Part shown: piece by piece, positions 37,924-64,000 of the stretch
Position numbering within the stretch: position 1 is the first letter of the stretch
Layout of the letters: each line of letters starts with the position of its first letter
Source: Macrostomum lignano
Taxonomy: Eukaryota
Assembly (NCBI GenBank): GCA_002269645.1
Contig: NIVC01000610.1
Coordinates: 62,001-126,000, forward strand
Length of the DNA: 64,000 bases
Direction of reading: 5' to 3'
Notes under the pieces: model-generated
What the model was told of the DNA's origin: nothing
Databases searched by the model: none
Seen by the model: only the letters and a program-made list of their open reading frames with translations
Translations under genes and position numbers: made by a program

Positions 37924-38156
37924 GCTGGCACACATAGTCTTCTGGCAGTCTGGGCACAAAAGCCACTTCTAGCTGTTCCCCGCAGTTCCACGGGCTTCCC
38001 CCCTGCTCTGCGTCTCTCTGCTCTCTTAAGTCCGGCTTTTGGAATGTTGGAGCGACCAAAATAGCGTTCTATAGGGCTGTAGTTGATGGATGGTGCGTTG
38101 GGTGTGCTGATTTTTTCATTAAAGTGCATGATAATCTATCTGTCAATACAGTTACG

Positions 38157-38520
<364 letters not shown>

Positions 38521-39563
38521 GAGGCGCATTGCAAACGGCTTGCATACTGCAGTGTTGCGGTCCCTAAGCTGAGTTTTTGTCCACCTATCGCTTCCATATC
38601 AATCTGTCAGTTTTCCAGAGAGCGCAATTCTTAGAGTGGCAGTGCAAGTTTCATGACAGACAGTTGCCTGCATAATTGTATTGTATATTTTATTACCAAC
38701 GGCATGCTAAAAAGTTTTATTGCAAAGTTCTCTGTCAATGCCTTCCCAAGCGATACTTTTTTGCTTCTCGCATTTGTACTTTTTATAAATTGTTGATAGC
38801 AAAAAAATCTATCAATGGCTGTCTTCTTTGTCTGCTGGAGTGCAACCCGCATTTAGGAGCATTCTTTTATTGTAGAAGTTTTCAAGCAGATCGAAAAGTT
38901 AAACTTACCTTTACCAAGCTGAGTTTAGCTGAGTTAGAAATGTCTTTCAGTAATCATAAAAGTCTTCTTTCAATACTTTAAAAAAATAGCTGGAACCACT
39001 GATGTAAAATGTGATCTCTATTGGGTAAATACCGGCGTAAATGGAATGTTTCTTTTTTGCTTTATCGAGCCAGTTTTAACCATAAACTATGCGCAAGACA
39101 TTTCAAGTAATTTCTAACTCGTGTGTGTCATCGGCGAAAAACAGACATTAAAAACCACTTTTAGCTACTGATAGTATAATAAATAGCACTTTGCTGATTT
39201 ATACTTTTTTTGATCTGATAAAATTTTAAGCTTTGTTTTTATAAAATTATGCAGATAAAAGTTACAATTAACGTTCAACGCACATAATTAACAAATTTTA
39301 TAATGGAAGGCTGATTGCCGCTAAAAGTACATCCGTTGTTTTTCGTCTAAATCAATTCGGTTAATATTTTCCGGCATTGAATCTTCGTGAAAAAATAGGG
39401 CCCAAAGTTCCTTGGATAACCGCATGATTTTGCATAAAAATAAGAATTATGATTTTTAATGCAACAGGCGATAAAATGACTGACACCTATGAAAAATATT
39501 CTTTGTAAATGGTTTTTAAGTTTTGCTGAATGCAGAAGGAGGAGTTCTTGTCATCTGATTAGA

Positions 39564-56938
<17,375 letters not shown>

Positions 56939-57392
56939 CTTGGCGGTGCGCTGTCCGCCTTCCTCTAAGCTGAAATGTCCCTAATCTGTTTTCAAAGACA
57001 ACTAGATTTATTAAAAAAAAGATTTTCGTAGGTAAGTATTTTCTGCAGAGTGTTGCAAATGCCAACCGGAAAAACTTATGCAATTGTTGCTCGATGTGTC
57101 TCTCTATCTTGCTTCATATTGGGCGAACTCTGCAAAACTCTTTGAGAAGCTGTTTGAGCACAAGTCCCAATGCAGTGTTTGCTGTCTCCTGCGTTTTGTG
57201 TGTCAGGCAATGTGCAGCTATCTCTCTGCCCCCATTGTCTCTCTCTCCTTACCTGCCCTGTGATTTCTTTTGCCAGTGTGCATGCTATGTGTTTATGTGT
57301 AATTTCTTCCTTCTATATTTAGCACATCATGAATTTAACCAGCGGATAGTGGAGACACGGCTTAAGTGGGAAAGAATTCATTTTTCTCTCCG

Positions 57393-57425
<33 letters not shown>

Positions 57426-58026
57426 GGCTAGAATTGGATTGTAAAGGGTTGGAACTGTTCTTGAGGTGGTCGCTCTCGCATATATTTATCTAAAAACGTG
57501 CTCAAACAGCGGCTGCATCATGGGATTGACGCATGATATTATTTTTGTCTTCTTCTGGCACAGATGTGTCTTTAAAGGTGTCTCATGAAGGATTAAATTT
57601 TTTCTGAAGAAATTTTTCTCTGCTAGAAAAGTGCAAATCGATCAGGGTTAGCAAGCAGGTACTGAGCAATTTTGGCTTTTGTTAAAAGCCTCTGCTCAGT
57701 CGGTAGCTCCACAGTGTGACGCGGAGCTGCTCAATGCTAGCACGAGATTGACAATAATGGCTTTTGCACACCCCACCGATTGCCAATACAAATAATTGAG
57801 TCGTCGCGCACTCAGAGGAGGAGTGAGTCAAGCCCCAAGCCATGCCATTCGATGCAATTTTCTCTAGCCGGCAAAATCTGCAGCTGTTCTCCCCTGAGAG
57901 CGATCTCTGAGATGGGATTATATACCAATTCGTTCTGGTCGCTCATGCTTGAGTCTCCAGATCGCTCTCAGTCGCAATCGCAAAACTGAGCAGACTATTC
58001 TACTTAGTTGATTTTGCATAGCAACT

Positions 58027-58362
58027 ATGGGTAGTCACTTGTTGCTAGGCACGCTACTATTGGTAGCCATAGCAACCGAGCCGGCCCTGGCGGGCAGCAT
58101 TCGCTGCTACAAGTGCATCGGCTGCAACAAGGTGCACGCGTCGACCAACACTTCAATTGGAGATTTCTGTGTCAAGTCCATCACTAGGGACTCCGTATCC
58201 AGGGACGCTGGCACCGGGGTGTGCGTGAGCTCCGCCATCACGTACTGTTGCTACGAGTGGCTCTGCAATGCGTCGAGCTCGAATTTAGACTCGAAACAGC
58301 GGCGCTACTCGTCAGCTATGGTCTTTGTTGCTATCGCAGTCTTTATTTATTGGCCCGTCTGA
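58027..58362 (+). CDS. Ly6/uPAR (three-finger fold) secreted/GPI-anchored protein, 111 aa, intronless
   Basis: N-terminal signal peptide (MGSHLLLGTLLLVAIATEPALA), CYKC..C, CC....CN motif, Ser-rich omega region and hydrophobic C-terminal tail (MVFVAIAVFIYWPV). Confidence 0.85.
   Translation: MGSHLLLGTLLLVAIATEPALAGSIRCYKCIGCNKVHASTNTSIGDFCVKSITRDSVSRDAGTGVCVSSAITYCCYEWLCNASSSNLDSKQRRYSSAMVFVAIAVFIYWPV
58063..58076. promoter_or_regulatory. Perfect X-box consensus match GTAGCCATAGCAAC inside the Ly6 signal-peptide codons
   Basis: Zero mismatches to GTHNYYATRRNAAC; weaker half-sites at about 58017-58025 and 58041-58052. Confidence 0.35.
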
Positions 58363-58559
58363 CACATCAGCTTTAAGTGTGATGGAAATCTTTAGTGTGA
58401 ATAAGCGCTAACTATTTTCTGCCAGAGTGCTGTGCCATGTAATCCACGGACACTAACAAGCGCTAAATTTTATCTTAAATAAAACCGGCTAAGGCTTTTT
58501 TATACGCTCGTACTCAAATGATCCCCTAACGCTTTTTGTTTAAATTTCGCTTCACTCGC

Positions 58560-59140
58560 TCCATGCCCTCAGTGATTATAACTCACCTGTCCATGCCCTC
58601 AATCAGTGAATATAACTCACCTGTCCATGCCCTCAATCAGTGAATATAACTCACCTGTCCATGCCCTCAATCAGTGAATATAACTCACCTGTCCATGCCC
58701 TCAATCAGTGAATATAACTCACCTGTCCATGCCCTCAATCAGTGAATATAACTCACCTGTCCATGCCCTCAATCAGTGAATATAACTCACCTGTCCATGC
58801 CCTCAATCAGTGAATATAACTCACCTGTCCATGCCCTCAATCAGTGAATATAACTCACCTGTCCATGCCCTCAATCAGTGAATATAACTCACCTGTCCAT
58901 GCCCTCAATCAGTGATTATAACTCACCTGTCCATGCCCTCAATCAGTGAATATAACTCACCTGTCCATGCCCTCAATCAGTGAATATAACTCACCTGTCC
59001 ATGCCCTTAATCAGTGATTATAACTCACCTGTCCATGCCCTCAATCAGTGAATATAACTCACCTGTACATGCCCTCAATCAGTGAATATAACTCACCTGT
59101 ACATGCCCTCAATCAGTGATTATAACTCACCTGTCCATGC
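58560..59140. repeat. 34-bp minisatellite, 17 copies, each carrying minus-strand ATG(G/T)ACAG|GTGAGT
   Basis: AACTCACCTG at 58580, 58614 ... 59124. Confidence 0.96.
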
Positions 59141-59152
59141 CGTCATTGTCGC
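59131..59152 (-). CDS. Candidate 22-nt 5' microexon of the ferlin gene (…GGC ATG GAC AG)
   Basis: Minus strand TTTGACAG|GCGACAATGACGGCATGGACAG|GTGAGT. A phase-2 splice to the acceptor at 56970 (ATTTCAG|C TTA GAG GAA GGC GGA CAG CGC ACC GCC AAG ATG) gives the open frame MDSLEEGGQRTAKMSLK. Confidence 0.5.
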
Positions 59153-59644
59153 CTGTCAAAGCAAGCAAAGCTCATTTTGAAATGGGATAATGTTGACACA
59201 ATGGATAATAAATTCCCATGAAATCCTCAAAATCATCATCAATAGTCTTCTGATCGTCTATAGCTGTCAATCATTTTAGTACTAAAATATGACAATGGAA
59301 TTGACGACTAACATTGAACTCACTAAAAACTTTGAAAAGATTTTGTAATTTGAAACGATTTATTTCCTTTGAAATTTTTGCCTCGCTGTGATGGTATAAA
59401 ATGCTACGTTTAACAATCGCAAAGCAGATTGAGAGACAGTTCCACGGACAAACTAAATGTTAAACTGAATAAAACTGAATAAAAAACTGAATAAGATTAT
59501 GCAAGCAAAATTCCATCCGGCCCTGCTGCTGCTGCTGCTGGCATTTCTGCTCTCTGCTCAGCTCGTAAGATAGTGCGATTTGAATATTTGTATGTGTATC
59601 CTTCCTTAATAAAAAAATAAAACTCTTGCAATTACTGAAAGTTG

Positions 59645-61662
59645 TGCAGGACCATAGACACTGATGTTTTATGTCCTTGTGAGCGGTGCAGGACCATAGA
59701 CACTGATGTTTTATGTCCTTGTGAGCGGTGCAGGACCATAGACACTGATGTTTTATGTCCTTGTGAGCGGTGCAGGACCATAGACACTGATTTTTATGTC
59801 CTTGTGAGCGGTGTAGGACCATAGACACTGATTTTTATGTCCTTGTGAGCGTAGTAGGACCATAGACACTGATTTTTATGTCCTTGTGAGCGGTGTAGGA
59901 CCATAGACACTGATTTTTATGTCCTTGTGAGCGGTGCAGAACCATAGGCACTGATGTTTTGTGTGTCTGTGAGCGGTGCAGGACCTTAGACACTTATGTT
60001 TTGTGTGCTTGTGAGCGGTGTAGGACCATAGACACTGATGTTTTGTGTGTTTGTGAGCGGTGTAGGACCATAGACACTGATTTTTATGTCCTTGTGAGCG
60101 GTGTAGGACCATAGACACTGATTTTTATGTCCTTGTGAGCGGTGCAGAACCATAGGCACTGATGTTTTGTGTGTCTGTGAGCGGTGCAGGACCTTAGACA
60201 CTTATGTTTTGTGTGCTTGTGAGCGGTGCAGGACCATAGACACTGATGTTTTGTGTGTTTGTGAGCGGTGTAGGACCATAGACACTGATTTTTATGTCCT
60301 TGTGAGCGGTGTAGGACCATAGACACTGATTTTTATTTCCTTGTGAGCGGTGTAGGACCATAGACACTGATTTTTATGTCCTTGTGAGCGGTGCAGAACC
60401 ATAGGCACTGATGTTTTGTGTGTCTGTGAGCGGTGCAGGACCATAGACACTTATGTTTTGTGTGCTTGTGAGCGGTGCAGGACCATAGACACTGATGTTT
60501 TGTGTGTTTGTGAGCGGTGCAGGACCATGGGCAATGATGTTTTGCGTGTTTGTGAGCGGTCCAGAACCATAGACACTGATGTTTTGTGTGTTTGTGAATG
60601 GTGCAAGACAATAGACACTGATGTTTTGTGTGTTTGTGAGCGGTGCAGGACCATGGGCAATGATGTTTTGCGTGTTTGTGAGCGGTGCAGGACCATAGAC
60701 ACTGGTGTTTTGTGTGTTTGTGAGCGGTGCAAGACAATAGACACTAATGTTTTGTGTGCTTGTGAATGGTGCAAGACAATAGACACAGATGTTTTGTGTC
60801 ATTGTGAGCGGTGCAGGACCATAGACACTAATGTTTTGTGTCCTTGTGAGCGGTGCAGGACCATAGACACAGATGTTTTGCGTGTTTGTGAGCGGTGAAG
60901 GACCATAGACACTGATGTTTTGTGTGTTTGTGAGCGGTGAAGGACCATAGACACTGATGTTTTGTGTGTTTGTGAGCGGTGCAGGACCATAGACACTGAT
61001 GTTTTGTGTGCTTGTGAGCGGTGCAGGACCATAGACACTGATGTTTTGTGTGTTTGTGAGCGGTGCAAGACAATAGACACTAATTTTTTGTCCTTGTGAG
61101 CGGTGCAGGACCATAGACACTGATGTTTTGTGTGTCTGTGAGCGGCGCAGGACCATAGCCACAGATGTTTTGCGTGTTTGTGAGCGGTGAAGGACCATAG
61201 ACACTGATGTTTTGTGTGCTTGTGAATGGTGCAAGACAATAGACACTGATGTTTCGTGTGTTTGTGAGCGGTGCAGGACCATAGTCACTGATGTTTTGTG
61301 TGTTTGTGAGCGGTGCAGGACCATAGTCACTGATGTTTTGTGTGTTTGTGAGCGGTGTAGGACCATAGACACTGATGTTTTTTGTCCTTGTGAGCGGTGC
61401 AGGACCATAGACACTGGTGTTTTGTGTTTGTGAGCGGTGCAGGACCATGGACACTGATGTTTTGTGTGTTTGTGAGCGGTGCAGGACCATAGACACTGAT
61501 GTTTTGTGTGTCTGTGAGCGGCGCAGGACCATAGACACATGTTTTGTGTCCTTGTGAGCGGTGCAGGACCATAGACACTTATGTTTTGTGTGTCTGTGAG
61601 CGGCGCAGGACCATAGACACATGTTTTGTGTCCTTGTGAGCGGTGCAGGACCATAGACACTG
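59645..61662. repeat. About 42-bp minisatellite (GTGAGCGGTGCAGGACCATAGACACTGATGTTTTGTGTGTTT), about 48 copies, with higher-order blocks
   Basis: Period 42 (59646 and 59688); the variant GCAGAACCATAGG recurs at 59936, 60144 and 60393. Confidence 0.95.
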
Positions 61663-61754
61663 GTTTACTTCAACAGTTCAATTCTTTTTATAATTTATTA
61701 TTTGTCATAGTTCTATTCACGAGTATTCTAACTAAATACAGTCGACCGGTAATC

Positions 61755-64000
61755 TCAATCGAGTCGGAGGAGGAAGAAGTCCAGCCAATCCTGAGATGCG
61801 TCAAGGCCAGGTGGAGCAGCCGGAGGAGCACAGCTCGTCTGAAATTGGCAGCCCGCCGCTCTGCAGCCTGAGCAGCTATTGCGTGAATGACAGGCCGCCA
61901 GATGAGTGAGATGGCAGCTTGCGTCATATAGACTCCCACGTGCGTCTCACTGAAAGGCAGTTATGAGCTCGTAAAATGACGCAAATATATAATATCTGAC
62001 CGAAGCAAGGCATCTCGTTAATTGGTTTTTCTCCGAGTACCTGAAGCTCTTTATTTGTTTTGTTGTCTTAGAGTTCTCTGCATGTAAGAGTCTGCCTCTC
62101 CACTCTGTCTCTTATCTATGAGTCTGCCTCTCCGCACTTTCTCTTATCCATGAGTCTGCCTCTCCGCACTGTCTCTTATCCATGAGTCTGCCTCTCCGCA
62201 CTGTCTCTTATCCATGAGTCTGCCTCTCCGCACTTTCTCTTATCTATGAGTCTGCCTCTCCGCTCCCTGTATGATATCTTATTAGTAAAGGAACGTATAA
62301 AATACTTAAAAATATTTCAGGCTATAGACGTTTTATGAAACACTGTAACCTTTGGTCAATAGTTAGTTAGGAGTTGTTTAAAAATTATTTCGTTGTATAG
62401 CTCGTATGTAGCACTTCATGAATAATTTTTTCGAATTATTATATAAGTGAATATATATTTTTAACTTTATAAAAAATTGTCATAGCAAAGGGTAACTATT
62501 TTGTGCATGTCACAAATGATTCATTTTCAATATTAAATTTGAGATTCCATACAGAAAGTCAAGGAAGCTCCGGGATATCAGCTCGAATACTTGTACATCA
62601 GGATTAGCATTTGAAAGGCTCGATAATAAATACGTGGAATAAAAATTCATTTCAGCTACTAGAAGTAGGCGAATAGCGCAGCTATTCTGAAGCGATGCAA
62701 GCTAGCAAAAATTGAAGTCATATTCTTACTTATTTTAGTTATTTTAAAATTTGAGCGGAACTCTTGCAGATAAAAAGTCATTTTAGCTTAATAATGTCAC
62801 AATAAAATTATTTTTTTCTTGACTAGAATGCAAACGATTGTTTTTGTCAGCACCAACTGACATTCTCAAGCCAATCTCTAATCTCAAGCCTAATCTCTAA
62901 TCTCAAACCAATCTCTAATCTCAAGCCAATCTTTAATCTCAACCCAAACCTCTAATCTCAAGCTAAATCTCTAATCTCAAGCCAATCTCAAATCACAAGC
63001 CAATCTCTAATCTCAAACAATCTCTAATCTCGAGTCAATCTTTTATCTCAAGCCAATCTCTAATCTCAAGCCTAATCTCTAATCTCAAGCCAATCTCTAA
63101 TCTCAAGCCAATCTCTAATCTAAAGCCAATCTCTAATCTTAAGCCAATCTCTATTCTCAGCTTCGCTGTCACACAGCGGCGGAGGAATCGGCGGGTGTCG
63201 TCGCCGCTGGCCCGGCGAACTCGATGGTCAGCTCTCTCCGCAGCGTGCCCAGCAGAGCTCGGGTGTCGCTGCCCGGTCTGGCAGCCAGATGTCGAATGAC
63301 ATCCCATTCGTCGTGATCGGCGGTGGCCGACAAGGCAGTCGCTCTCGACGCCTCAGATTCGTCGTTGCTTTCATCGTTGCCGCCGCCGCCGCTGCTGCCG
63401 CTGTTGATGTTGACGGCGAAGGTCCGGCTGGCAGGACGAGGTTGGACGCTGATCAGTCGAGAGCTGGAGGCCGCTGGTTCGGGTGGCTGCAGCGGCCGCG
63501 GCTCCGACAGTTTCTGACGGCGCAAGTCCTGGAGTTTGGAGAATATGTGGTGTTTTTGGAGAAACTTTTAGCAATTTCATACTACTGACTTGATGCAGTA
63601 GAGTGTTGCGAGAGTTTTTCTATCATGATGCGAATCCACGTGACTGTTAACAAGTTAAAAAGTTCACGATTGAGATCATAAGTGACTTTATGAGTGAGGT
63701 CATAAATGACATTATTAGTGAGTTCATAAGTTACTTTATGAGAGAGGTCATAAGTGACTTTATGAGTGAGGTTATAATTTACTTTATGAGTGAGGTCATA
63801 AGTCACTTTATGAGTGAGTTCATATCATATCAATAAAAAATCTTGCTTTAAGCATATGAAAAGGTAAAAGTAACAACTATGTACTCTAATTTTTTTTTAT
63901 TTAGATCAAATGTTCTAAATAGTCGACTCACCTCCTCAAGCATGGGTCTGAGTTTGGCCAACTGGTCCCCAGTTCGGTAGGGCGAAGGCAGAGTCTGGGC
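61755..64000 (-). CDS. Partial 3' end of an unidentified spliced gene running off the right edge
   Basis: Exon >64000-63932 (AQTLPSPYRTGDQLAKLRPMLEE|GTGAGT) splices in phase 0 to 63528 (DLRRQKLSEP...DSSAAV, stop at 63169 or donor at 63174). A possible terminal exon 61867-61755 (...PPGLDASQDWLDFFLLRLD*) is followed by AATAAA at 61699-61694. The link between these last two exons is unresolved. Confidence 0.45.
62085..62265. repeat. 32-bp minisatellite (ATGAGTCTGCCTCTCCGCACTGTCTCTTATCC), about 6 copies
   Basis: Period 32 (62118 and 62150). Confidence 0.9.
62866..63160. repeat. 18-bp minisatellite (TCTCTAATCTCAAGCCAA), about 16 copies
   Basis: Direct tandem repetition. Confidence 0.9.
63675..63825. 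repeat. 24-bp minisatellite (CATAAGTGACTTTATGAGTGAGGT), about 6 copies
   Basis: Period 24. Confidence 0.88.

Noticed and set aside
59645-61662. TTGTGAGCGG in most units matches half of the E. coli lac operator
   Set aside because: A coincidental 10-mer in a eukaryotic satellite; the rest of lacO is absent and there is no vector sequence.
58560-61662. CRISPR-like regular repeats (also the 29-, 46- and 55-bp arrays)
   Set aside because: The units are contiguous with no unique spacers, there are no cas genes, and the context is eukaryotic.

Overview
Intron-rich, minisatellite-dense animal genomic DNA. The style resembles a flatworm such as Macrostomum, but that is inference only. I assembled the spliced genes by hand from GT-AG junctions and reading-phase checks. 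(1) Minus strand: an 8-exon gene of about 780 aa that joins two DZANK1-like domains to a 4-repeat annexin core (19179-23374). (2) Plus strand, divergent from it: an intronless CFAP107/C1orf158-like ciliary microtubule inner protein (24493-25122). (3) Minus strand: an 11-exon TMC channel gene (27631-36826). (4) Minus strand: a 27-exon otoferlin-like type II ferlin of about 2250 aa (39564-56938), probably with an extra 5' microexon at 59131-59152. (5) Plus strand: an intronless GPI-anchored Ly6/uPAR three-finger protein (58027-58362), probably nested antisense in the first ferlin intron. (6) A partial unknown gene at the right edge. Other features are an 11-kb 15-bp satellite (6167-17234), a 414-N gap, two copies of a tRNA-derived SINE, and about 30 distinct mini- and microsatellites, most of them intronic. 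The TMC and ferlin models each need 1-nt insertions at conserved motifs, which suggests consensus indel errors. The long ORFs over the repeats are mostly artefacts. The most unusual items are the DZANK1-annexin chimera, a 34-bp array whose units each carry an ATG and a perfect splice donor, and the clustering of ciliary, sensory and Ca2+-membrane genes with X-box-like motifs.
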